NCBI GenBank assembly: GCA_017461045.1
Contig: JAFTZJ010000047.1
Location: 12,218-76,217 of the forward strand
DNA length: 64,000 nucleotides
Reading direction: 5' to 3'
Origin: Lachnospiraceae bacterium
GTDB taxonomy: Bacteria; Bacillota; Clostridia; Lachnospirales; Lachnospiraceae
Under the pieces are notes generated by a model that was not told the DNA's origin, searched no databases, and was given only the letters and a program-made list of their open reading frames with translations. This document shows positions 9,772-18,704 of the stretch, one piece after another (the first letter of the stretch is position 1; each line of letters opens with the position of its first letter). The translations under genes and the position numbers were made by a program.

Positions 9772-10044
9772 ATGGAACAGGCATTTAACATTCCCATCCA
9801 GGTCTTCTGTGTCGTCTCTACCTTGGGCGACCTGACCCCGGTGCGATTTCGGTTTGAAGCAGAAGACCATCAGATTATTACGGTTGAAATTACGGAAATC
9901 CTCAGTCACAAGGAATTACGGCTGGCAGGAACCAGAGAAATCCTTTATACTTGTAGTGCAAGCATTGAGAATCAAATGCAGATTTTTAATTTGAAATACA
10001 ATGTGAATCTTCATCGTTGGATATTTGCCCGATTCTTAACGTAA
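9772..10044 (+). CDS. Small protein co-transcribed with dinB (possibly YolD-like; unverified)
   Basis: 90 aa, SD AGAGGTGAG upstream, 36 nt before dinB and downstream of the LexA box. B. subtilis Y-family polymerase genes are often preceded by YolD-like small ORFs. Confidence 0.5.
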   Translation: MEQAFNIPIQVFCVVSTLGDLTPVRFRFEAEDHQIITVEITEILSHKELRLAGTREILYTCSASIENQMQIFNLKYNVNLHRWIFARFLT

Positions 10045-10080
10045 GCAAATGAAACACCATATCACAAAGAAGGATACGCC

Positions 10081-11346
10081 ATGGCAGAACCAATTATTTA
10101 TCACGTAGATGTGAATAGTGCATTTCTTTCCTGGGAAGCAGCCCACCGATTAACGGAGGACCCTGCTGCCTTAGATTTGCGTACCATTCCTTCGGTCATC
10201 GGCGGTAGCGAGAAGAATCGGCACGGAATTGTACTGGCCAAATCAACCCCTGCCAAGATCTATCATATTCAGACAGGAGAGCCTCTGGTAAATGCCCGCA
10301 AGAAATGTCCGGAGCTGGTAGTTGCACCCCCTAATTATGCCCTTTATGTGGATTGCTCTCGGCGATTAATGGAACTACTGCGTGAATTTGCGCCGGTAGT
10401 TGAACAATATAGTATTGATGAAGCCTTCTGTGATATGACCGGCACTACCCGGCTATACGGAGCCCCGGTTGTATTTGCAGAGCAGTTGAAGGATAAGATT
10501 TACTCCGATTTAGGATTTACAGTAAATATCGGTGTATCCAGCAATCGACTTTTGGCCAAGATGGCTTCGGATTTCAAAAAGCCGAATCTGGTCCACACAT
10601 TATTTCCAAAGGAAGTGCCGGATAAAATGTGGCCGCTGGCTGTAGAGGATTTGTTTTTCGTTGGCCGCTCTACCAGCCGAAAGCTACACGAGCTGGGAAT
10701 CCATACAATTGGTGACTTGGCAAAATGCGATGTGAATACTTTGCGATATCATTTTAAAAAACATGGAGAAGTTATCTGGAACTATGCCAATGGTCGGGAT
10801 GTGGACACCATTCAGGAACACAAGCCGGCGAATAAGAGTTATGGCAATTCCATTACCATTGCCTATGATGTAACAGATGCAGAAACTGCCAAAACCTTCC
10901 TGCTTTCCTTATGCGAAACCGTAGGCGCACGAATCCGCATGGACAAGGCATATATTAGCGTGGTGTCGGTGTCAGTTATGGATTATAATTTTCAACGCCA
11001 GTCCCATCAGACCACTTTGCTTACTGCAACCAACGTTACCGAAGTTATTTATGAAACTGCCTGCCGATTATTTGACCAGACCTGGAATCGGGAACCAATC
11101 CGGCAAATTGGTGTGTCTACCAGTCATGTAACCGACGAAGACTGTCAGCAATATGATTTGTTTTCCTCTGAGAAGAACGAGAAATTGTCCAAGTTAAATT
11201 CAGCCATTGACAGCATTCGTACCCGTTATGGTGAGGATGCCGTTGTGCGTGCCAGATTCATCAACTCCGAGCAAGCTCATATGACCGGAGGATTATCCAA
11301 AGAAAAACGTACCGGTGTGATTGGAGAATTACCACCGGAGATGTAA
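10081..11346 (+). CDS. dinB: DNA polymerase IV (Y-family)
   Basis: 421 aa with VDVNSAFLSWE, SIDEAFCDMTG and a little-finger region. Confidence 0.9.
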   Translation: MAEPIIYHVDVNSAFLSWEAAHRLTEDPAALDLRTIPSVIGGSEKNRHGIVLAKSTPAKIYHIQTGEPLVNARKKCPELVVAPPNYALYVDCSRRLMELLREFAPVVEQYSIDEAFCDMTGTTRLYGAPVVFAEQLKDKIYSDLGFTVNIGVSSNRLLAKMASDFKKPNLVHTLFPKEVPDKMWPLAVEDLFFVGRSTSRKLHELGIHTIGDLAKCDVNTLRYHFKKHGEVIWNYANGRDVDTIQEHKPANKSYGNSITIAYDVTDAETAKTFLLSLCETVGARIRMDKAYISVVSVSVMDYNFQRQSHQTTLLTATNVTEVIYETACRLFDQTWNREPIRQIGVSTSHVTDEDCQQYDLFSSEKNEKLSKLNSAIDSIRTRYGEDAVVRARFINSEQAHMTGGLSKEKRTGVIGELPPEM

Positions 11347-11454
11347 GAAACCACCGCGTTTTTTCTATCTGCTTATATTACTTGCAATCCAAGACTATTA
11401 TGGTAAAATGTAATTAACTGTGCTCGTTCTATACAGAGCAACCGAGGAGAGATT

Positions 11455-13362
11455 ATGATTTACAATTACCATTATGACATTGCAGCACTTATGCTGATTG
11501 TCTTATTGATTTCAATCTATTTTTTGCGACGCAATTATCCGACAACTGCCAACAAAGCATTTTTGGCGATATTATTCTTCACCTTCACTGCTACGGTTTC
11601 GGATTTATTAAGTGCACTCACCATTCCGAAGGCTGATGAAATCCCTCTTTTGATTAATTATCTGATTAATATTATATATTTAATCAGTTATAATTCTACA
11701 GCTATTGTATTCTATATTTATGTTACCATCATTACAAAACAGTATCACAAGCGGTATACCAGAATCAGTGCTTATATTGCTTTTTGCGTAAACTCATTTA
11801 TTCTCCTTCCAACACCATGGACTCATTGGGGAATTTATTTTGATGAGAATTTTCAATATCAACACGGAGTACTCTTTCCGCTGCTCTATGTTTCTTCATT
11901 CTTGATGCTTCTGAGCACCATTTATTTCTTTTTCCGATATCGATATAACTTAAGCCGCTATCAGGTAGTATCCGTATTATTCTTTACTATTGCCATGATT
12001 AGCGCTGTTGTTTTCCAGATGTTCTTTCCGGCACAGCTTGTCGGCTGTCTGGTTTCAACACTGTTTACAGTGTTGGTATACATATCCTTGCAGAATCCGG
12101 AATACTATATCAACAGCCGGAATCGTTGTTACAATGAACATGCACTTAATGAAACTCTGCAACATAATATACGACATGAGAAAAGCTTCTCGCTACTTGC
12201 ATTCTCTTTGGACGGTTTTCAATATGTAAACCAACTACTGGGCACGGATGCGGGCAATCACTTAATCGATTCCTTTGTTCCGTTTTTACATTCTAAATAC
12301 GGAATCAATAATGTTTATCAATTAAGCGATGGTCGTTTTGCTATTATGCTACCAGACAAAAATGAAAAACCGGTTACCCGGGAGCTATTACAATTCTTCC
12401 AAACCCCTCACACGGTTCAGAATGTAAATGTGTTATTGACTCCCCACATCTGCGTTGTCCACTATCCGGATTTCGCACATACACCGGAGGATATTATTAA
12501 TACTATTGACTACACATTAAAATACAGCCTTGCTTCCAATACAGAAAAGCACATTACTGCATCCAAAGATGAATTAAAGAAAAGTACCCGAGAAACACAG
12601 ATTCTTCATGCAATGAAAAATGCTATTCATAATCAAGGTTTTCAAGTATATTATCAACCGATTTTTAATGCGAAGACGAAAAAATTCTCTTCTGCCGAAG
12701 CATTGGTACGACTCTATGATCCGGAGCTTGGTTTTATTCCGCCGGACGAATTCATTCCAATGTCTGAACGTAATGGTATGATTATCGATATTGGTGAGCA
12801 GGTGTTCCGTCAGGTATGCCAATTTATCCAATCCCACGACCTGAAAGAACTCGGTTTGGATTACATTGAAGTAAATCTTTCCTTCGTACAATGTATTCAA
12901 AATAACCTCTCCCAGAGGCTTACAGAAATCATGAAGAAGTATGATGTATTACCCCAACAGATTAACTTCGAGATTACCGAAACCGCAGGATCAACCAAGG
13001 CAAATGCACTTCAGAAAAATATGAATGGTCTTATTCGGGTTGGTTCAACCTTTGCAATGGATGATTACGGAACCGGATTTTCCACTGCAAACTACCTTGT
13101 GAATCTGCCTTTGGAGTTTGTTAAAATTGATAAAAGTATCTTGTGGTCCGCTATGGCTGACGAACAAGCCTTTACCATATTAAAGCACACTGTGGAAATG
13201 CTCCATGCGCTGAATAAGAAAATCATCGTAGAAGGTGTGGAAACGGAAGAAATGGTAGACATGCTTACTGACATGAACTGCGAATATTTACAAGGCTATC
13301 TTTACTCAAAGCCGATTAATTCAGAAGAATTTGTTATTTTCTTACAAAACTATATTGCATAA
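11455..13362 (+). CDS. Membrane sensor, degenerate GGDEF, EAL-domain c-di-GMP phosphodiesterase
   Basis: 635 aa. A multi-TM N-terminus is followed by a GGDEF-like region in which SDGRFAIML replaces GGDEF. The EAL domain has EALVRL, DDYGTGFS, KIDKS and EGVE motifs. Confidence 0.85.
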   Translation: MIYNYHYDIAALMLIVLLISIYFLRRNYPTTANKAFLAILFFTFTATVSDLLSALTIPKADEIPLLINYLINIIYLISYNSTAIVFYIYVTIITKQYHKRYTRISAYIAFCVNSFILLPTPWTHWGIYFDENFQYQHGVLFPLLYVSSFLMLLSTIYFFFRYRYNLSRYQVVSVLFFTIAMISAVVFQMFFPAQLVGCLVSTLFTVLVYISLQNPEYYINSRNRCYNEHALNETLQHNIRHEKSFSLLAFSLDGFQYVNQLLGTDAGNHLIDSFVPFLHSKYGINNVYQLSDGRFAIMLPDKNEKPVTRELLQFFQTPHTVQNVNVLLTPHICVVHYPDFAHTPEDIINTIDYTLKYSLASNTEKHITASKDELKKSTRETQILHAMKNAIHNQGFQVYYQPIFNAKTKKFSSAEALVRLYDPELGFIPPDEFIPMSERNGMIIDIGEQVFRQVCQFIQSHDLKELGLDYIEVNLSFVQCIQNNLSQRLTEIMKKYDVLPQQINFEITETAGSTKANALQKNMNGLIRVGSTFAMDDYGTGFSTANYLVNLPLEFVKIDKSILWSAMADEQAFTILKHTVEMLHALNKKIIVEGVETEEMVDMLTDMNCEYLQGYLYSKPINSEEFVIFLQNYIA

Positions 13363-13363
13363 A

Positions 13364-13413
13364 AAGAAGAACCTTAGATATCTGCTTCCAGCAGTTATCC
13401 TAAGGTTCTTCTT
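13364..13413 (+). terminator. Terminator after the EAL gene
   Basis: Perfect 14-bp stem AAGAAGAACCTTAG / CTAAGGTTCTTCTT. Confidence 0.6.
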
Positions 13414-13415
13414 TA

Positions 13416-13489
<74 letters not shown>

Positions 13490-13491
13490 TA

Positions 13492-13526
13492 ACAAAAGCT
13501 GTCAGCATCTTTCTGACAGCTTTTGT
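13492..13526 (-). terminator. Terminator after the GH1 gene
   Basis: Stem ACAAAAGCTGTCAG / CTGACAGCTTTTGT. Confidence 0.6.
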
Positions 13527-13564
13527 ATTATAACACATCTAATTTCACTTTGCACTACTTTTTT

Positions 13565-14911
13565 CTATAAATTCTCGCCATTCGTTTCAATGACTTCTTT
13601 ATACCAGTAACCGGAATCCTTAATGGTTCTTTCCTGCGTTAAAAAGTCCACATAAATTAGTCCGAAACGTTTATCATAACCAAGGGCCCACTCCATATTA
13701 TCCATAACAGACCATTGCATATAACCCTTAATCGGAATTCCATCCTCTGCTGCCCGGCGGTACTCCAGTAAGTAACGATGCAGGAAATCAATCCGATAGG
13801 TATCATGTACCTTACCATCTAAGTGAATCCAGTCCAAACCTGCCATACCATTTTCTGTAATCATAATTGGCAGACCATACCGCTCATACATGAACTTCGG
13901 TGACCAATACAAAACTTCCGGTGCAAGAGGCCAATCTACGTCGGTGTGTCCTCTTCCCTGCCAACGATTCTCCGGATACCCATCTCCCATCCGGTTGGCC
14001 TCAGAATAATACACGTTCATACCATAGAAATCCAAGGGCTGACTAATAAGCTTCATATCCTCTTCGCTATATACCGGCATATCATCGCCGAATAACTCGT
14101 ATGCCTCCTCCGGATATTTACCAAGAATCACCGGATCACTCCACCAGGTCAAACCGAATGTTAATCCCCGCTCCCGCATACTGAAGGTCTTTCTTCTTGC
14201 CTCTTCAATAGCTTCCTTAGAATCATTTTCCGGAATATAGACCGGTGCAATCGGGGCAAAGGAAATCTCTGCCTTGGTCTTCGCATGTTCCCGAATATAC
14301 TTTACGGCTTTACCGTGTGCAAGAAGCACATTATGAGTCATGGTAATCAAATCTTTTCGGTTCAACTGTAAAAATGGTGCATGGGTACCGGCTTCATATC
14401 CGCACCCGATAAAGCACTGTGGCTCATTAAAAGTAATCCAACAAGATACCCGGTCAGACAACGCATCCACAACCACCTTGGTATATTCTAAAAACCAATC
14501 GGAAGAGTCCGGATTCATCCAACCACCTTTCTGATATAATGCATATGGATAATCCCAATGAAATAGTGAAATCATTGGTTCAATTCCATTCGCCTTTAAT
14601 TCATCTACTAAATCCGAATAGAACTGTAAGCCCTTTGGATTCACTTCACCGGTTCCCTTTGCGATGACCCGAGGCCAACTAATAGAAAAACGGTAATACT
14701 TCAAACCCATTTCCTTCATCAAAGCTACATCTTCCTTATATCTGTGGTAATGATCACAGGCCACATCACCGGTTTCATTATACTTAATGATGCCTCTGTT
14801 TCTACCGCAAACATCCCAAACGCTTGGGCCTTTGCCATCTTCATTCCATGCGCCTTCTACCTGAAAAGCGGCAGACGCTGCTCCCCACATAAAATCCTTA
14901 CTAAATCCCAT
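13565..14911 (-). CDS. GH1 beta-glucosidase
   Basis: 448 aa with FMWGAASAAFQVEGA, the acid/base motif TFNEP and the nucleophile motif ITENG. It lies 34 nt downstream of the preceding ORF with no hairpin between, after SD GGAAAGGAGA. Confidence 0.9.
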   Translation of the reverse strand: MGFSKDFMWGAASAAFQVEGAWNEDGKGPSVWDVCGRNRGIIKYNETGDVACDHYHRYKEDVALMKEMGLKYYRFSISWPRVIAKGTGEVNPKGLQFYSDLVDELKANGIEPMISLFHWDYPYALYQKGGWMNPDSSDWFLEYTKVVVDALSDRVSCWITFNEPQCFIGCGYEAGTHAPFLQLNRKDLITMTHNVLLAHGKAVKYIREHAKTKAEISFAPIAPVYIPENDSKEAIEEARRKTFSMRERGLTFGLTWWSDPVILGKYPEEAYELFGDDMPVYSEEDMKLISQPLDFYGMNVYYSEANRMGDGYPENRWQGRGHTDVDWPLAPEVLYWSPKFMYERYGLPIMITENGMAGLDWIHLDGKVHDTYRIDFLHRYLLEYRRAAEDGIPIKGYMQWSVMDNMEWALGYDKRFGLIYVDFLTQERTIKDSGYWYKEVIETNGENL

Positions 14912-14945
14912 GTCAATGATCTCCTTTCCATCATTTACAAATTAT

Positions 14946-15974
14946 CTAAAGCAATGCTACTTCTGTTCCGATAACACCGTCTATTGTCACTTTTTGATCC
15001 CAAACTACCGAATACAACCTGCTGCCGTAATGAATGGTTTTCATTGAATCCAATGCCTCACACAATGGATTATTCTCAAAACCTCCCCAGAGCAACAACG
15101 CCACTCCTGCCTCAGCAGCTACGGAACGCAGAAAATCCTTACATAACTTTTTATCGCAATCCTTCACATACAGATACGAAATCACACCAAAATCAATATC
15201 ACTGTCCGCCTTTGGAAATGCCGGATATCCTAGCCACTGAGTCGGCAAATGTGATAATAGCTTATAGATTCCACTATACGAACACATATGATACTGCTTG
15301 TGCTGTTGCTGATTTCCAACAAAGCAGCAGGCAAGAATTTCTCCATCCCTGCGAACACAATAAAACCGCGTTTCTCCAAATCCGCCACAAGTATAATCCA
15401 CCGGAGTCAGGCTCTGCTTTGAAAAATAATTCTGCATCAACCCTTCCAATCCATCCGTATTATCCCTTTCCAGCTCTAAGATCCGTTTTCCGTTATGAAA
15501 ACAATAGGTCGTATAGTGTCCCAGATATTGATACTCCGGCATATTCTTATGCTTCTTTTCCAGAAGACGGATTGCAACTTCATTGTCATCCAGAATTGTG
15601 GTGTAATAACAATAACAGCCTTGAATATGTTCATACAAGAACTGATACGACTTAGCAATAAAGGTTGTCTTCTTCTGATAATCCGGATGAATCTTTAATC
15701 CGGTCAGATAACCACAGGTCTCCGCCTTACCATTTACGTATTCCTTTCGAAGCACCGCACCTCCCACTGCAATCACCTTCTGACATTCATTATCCCGAAT
15801 CACCATAATTCTGGATTCTCCGTCTGCCGAAAATGAGGCAAGGGGCAAGGGATTTCGAAGATACTTCACACTGATTCCGCCATCGAACCCACCGGCTTCG
15901 AATATCTCCCGGATACCTTCATTATCTTCACTTGTTGCAAATTCCAAGGTATATTTATTATTTTGGAAGTTCAT
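14946..15974 (-). CDS. Uncharacterised 342-aa protein, N-terminal GNAT-like core suspected
   Basis: The start is taken at MNFQNNKY (ATG 15972-15974, SD GGAGAG); the track ORF extends to 15998. The segment VIAVGGAVLRKEYVNGKAETCGYLTGLKIHPDYQKK resembles a GNAT beta4-alpha3 core. It overlaps the end of the upstream radical SAM gene. Confidence 0.45.
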   Translation of the reverse strand: MNFQNNKYTLEFATSEDNEGIREIFEAGGFDGGISVKYLRNPLPLASFSADGESRIMVIRDNECQKVIAVGGAVLRKEYVNGKAETCGYLTGLKIHPDYQKKTTFIAKSYQFLYEHIQGCYCYYTTILDDNEVAIRLLEKKHKNMPEYQYLGHYTTYCFHNGKRILELERDNTDGLEGLMQNYFSKQSLTPVDYTCGGFGETRFYCVRRDGEILACCFVGNQQQHKQYHMCSYSGIYKLLSHLPTQWLGYPAFPKADSDIDFGVISYLYVKDCDKKLCKDFLRSVAAEAGVALLLWGGFENNPLCEALDSMKTIHYGSRLYSVVWDQKVTIDGVIGTEVALL

Positions 15975-17289
15975 CCAAATTCTCTCCAATCGGTACATTC
16001 ATTTTCTGATCCACTTCTTCACCCAGTCGCAAATTCATTCCCCAGAACAATCCCCAAAGCAACGGACTGGTCCGTCCCAGAGAAGCAAATCCTCGACTTA
16101 ACACCGTCTTCGTAGATGCAAATTCCTTTCTTGCTCCGTGACACAGCTCACTTAATTTTTCCGGTGTCAGCAGCTTCGGACGGAATGCCAGCTCTCCATA
16201 ATTATAGCCTTCCTGCATCCACCATTTATCATAAAGCAACCGGTCATCCGCTTTCAACCGCTGATATAACGGAGTATTCGGGAACGGAAGCAAATGATTA
16301 AATGCCGCCGTATAAAAATTATGCTTCTTAGCAAAATTCAATGCATCCTCTATAGTGCCTTCATCATCATGGTCATAACCAAACACAAAGGTTGCATAAA
16401 TACCAATACCCGCATCGTGAATTCGTTTTACCAGCTCATCCCGTTCACCAAGTGCATAATTAAAGGACTTATTCATCTGCTTCAAATTCTCTTTATTCAA
16501 GCTTTCAAATCCAATGAGAATAATTTCACAGCCGCTCCGCTTCATGGCCTTTAACAGCTCCTCGTCTTTTGCCATAGACAAGGTTCCCTGTCCTGCCCAC
16601 TTAATCTTCAAAGGCTCGATCTCCCGGAAGATTCCCATGGCATTTTCCCGATTGGCTACTAAGTTATCATCTACCAAAAATGTATATTTATGCTGTGAAC
16701 GCCGAATGTCCTCTGCAATCAAGCTATGCTCCCGACAATAATACCGGCTGCAATAAAACTTTGAAATGGAACAAAATTCGCAGGAATGACAACAACCTCT
16801 TCCTGTCTCCACCAAGGATACCGGAAGATATTTCTTCCCCTCGAATATGCTTTTATCCGGTGCCACATCATACTCTCCGACACCACCCTGATACATCGGC
16901 TTCAATCTGCCCTGCTGTGCATCAGCAAGCATTTCCTTCCAAACCGTTTCTCCATTGCCTACCACAATACTGTCACAGTACTCCTGTGCTTCCTCCGGAC
17001 AAAGGGTGACATGATAGCCCCCCAGCACCACCGGAATTCCCCGTTCCCGGAATCGCTGTGCAATCCGATAGCTCCGCTTAGCCGTATAGGTTTCCACCGT
17101 AATACACACCAAGTCTGTCTGTGTATCGTATTGAATCAATTCGATACGGTCATCAAAGAATTCCGTTTCGATTTCCTTCGGCGTCAACGCCTTCAAAACC
17201 GCCATGGTAAGAGGCTCCATTTTCCATGTTCCAATATACTTTTTACCTGGTTTCTTTCCGATTGCCGGAAGTATATATGTTATCTTCAT
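15958..17289 (-). CDS. B12-binding domain radical SAM protein (paralogue 5, subfamily A)
   Basis: 443 aa. The N-terminal cobalamin-binding-type module is DLVCITVETYTAKRSYRIAQRFRERGIPVVLGGYHVT. The cluster motif is GRGCCHSCEFCS. The C-terminus has WWMQEGYNYGELAFRPKLLTPEKL. Confidence 0.85.
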   Translation of the reverse strand: MKITYILPAIGKKPGKKYIGTWKMEPLTMAVLKALTPKEIETEFFDDRIELIQYDTQTDLVCITVETYTAKRSYRIAQRFRERGIPVVLGGYHVTLCPEEAQEYCDSIVVGNGETVWKEMLADAQQGRLKPMYQGGVGEYDVAPDKSIFEGKKYLPVSLVETGRGCCHSCEFCSISKFYCSRYYCREHSLIAEDIRRSQHKYTFLVDDNLVANRENAMGIFREIEPLKIKWAGQGTLSMAKDEELLKAMKRSGCEIILIGFESLNKENLKQMNKSFNYALGERDELVKRIHDAGIGIYATFVFGYDHDDEGTIEDALNFAKKHNFYTAAFNHLLPFPNTPLYQRLKADDRLLYDKWWMQEGYNYGELAFRPKLLTPEKLSELCHGARKEFASTKTVLSRGFASLGRTSPLLWGLFWGMNLRLGEEVDQKMNVPIGENLDELPK

Positions 17290-17348
17290 TCTTCTTCCTC
17301 ATCATTTCTCATTGCTGAGCAATCACACAATATCTGCTACATCTAAGC

Positions 17349-18683
17349 CTACAACACCGGAATATCCGAGTTGTCACACATTACCTCTTTGGTAAACTTA
17401 TGCCATTTATCCGCATACCCCTTGTAACCCATATTCAAAGGGAACGCCAGCCACGGACTATGGTTAAATGGTGCCAACCGCTTCATAATGCTTGATGTGG
17501 AATAGGTCTCCCGCCATGCGCGCTCGGTTCCCTCTTCCAATTGCTCCTTCGTCATCTGTCGTGGTTGGAATACGCAATGCTCTACATCATACATCGCCCA
17601 GTTCCGTTCAATAATTCTGCCTTCCTGCTCCAACTGATTATAATACTGTGTCTTCGGGAACGGCGTTAAAATGGAATACCGAGGCAAATCAATTTTCGCC
17701 TTAATAACCGTTTCCACAGTCCGGTCAAATACGCTGGTATCTTCTTCATCTCCGCCAAATGCAAAACAACCCTGTACCAAAATTCCGTTGTCATGCAATT
17801 TCTTCATCAGTTCTATATAACCGTCCACACGGTTTACACCCTTGTTAATGTACTTTTGGGATTCCTGGGTAATGGATTCGAAGCCAATTAACAAACCACG
17901 GCAACCGCTCTTGCGGAATACCGTCATTAATTCATCATCGATTCCTACCGAAGAGGTTGCCAACCCCAGCCAAATTATTTTCAATGGAATCAGTGCCGTA
18001 AATAATTCAATGGCATACTTACGGTCAGTAATCAGATTTACATCCGGGAAGAGTACGTGCTTTGTATTCAACGCCTCGATTTCCGCTACAACCTCCTTTA
18101 CCGGACGCTTGTATACGGTACGGCCAAATGCCGCCGGATACGCACAGAAGGTACATGGCAGGGAACATCCCCGAATTGCTTCAACCGTCTTAGTGGTAAT
18201 ATATCGTTTCTTAGTCAGCAATTCCCGCCTTGGAATCGGCTTTCCTGCAATATCAAAATCACAGTTCTGGCGATACAGTTTCTGGTAATTTCCATTCACA
18301 TAATCATGAATAAATTGCGGGAAGGTCTGCTCTGAAAATCCGGTAAATACCACATCTGCATGCTGACCGGCTTCCTCCGGCATAAAGCTTGGGTGAACGC
18401 CACCCATAAATACCGTCTTGCCCTTCTTCCGAAAATAATCTGCATAGGCATAGCATCTCGGTGCGGTTCCGGTAATACAGGTAATTCCGATTAATTCCGC
18501 ATCAATATCCAATGGGATTTTTCCTGCGGTTTCATCATAAATCACCACATCAGCTTCCACATCCTCCGGTATCAAAGCCGCCAATGTAGTCAAAGTCAAC
18601 GGTGCATAATGAAGGGATTTGCCAAAGCTTCCCGAATATCTGTGCATAGCGCCTGCCGGTGCCAATAACGCAATTTTAATCAT
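17349..18683 (-). CDS. B12-binding domain radical SAM protein (paralogue 4, subfamily B)
   Basis: 444 aa with cluster motif IRGCSLPCTFCA, plus FPQFI and HCVFQPRQMTKEQL shared with paralogue 1. Confidence 0.85.
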   Translation of the reverse strand: MIKIALLAPAGAMHRYSGSFGKSLHYAPLTLTTLAALIPEDVEADVVIYDETAGKIPLDIDAELIGITCITGTAPRCYAYADYFRKKGKTVFMGGVHPSFMPEEAGQHADVVFTGFSEQTFPQFIHDYVNGNYQKLYRQNCDFDIAGKPIPRRELLTKKRYITTKTVEAIRGCSLPCTFCAYPAAFGRTVYKRPVKEVVAEIEALNTKHVLFPDVNLITDRKYAIELFTALIPLKIIWLGLATSSVGIDDELMTVFRKSGCRGLLIGFESITQESQKYINKGVNRVDGYIELMKKLHDNGILVQGCFAFGGDEEDTSVFDRTVETVIKAKIDLPRYSILTPFPKTQYYNQLEQEGRIIERNWAMYDVEHCVFQPRQMTKEQLEEGTERAWRETYSTSSIMKRLAPFNHSPWLAFPLNMGYKGYADKWHKFTKEVMCDNSDIPVL

Positions 18684-18704
18684 TTGTTTTCATTCCTTTC
18701 TGAT

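Noticed and set aside
14984-17346. Long plus-strand ORFs (for example 14984-15655 at 223 aa and 16786-17346 at 186 aa), and similar antisense ORFs elsewhere (38148-38681, 48348-48863, 17842-18288, 35345-35743).
   Set aside because: They lie entirely antisense to well-supported genes, have low-complexity or odd composition, and lack an SD. They are typical shadow ORFs.
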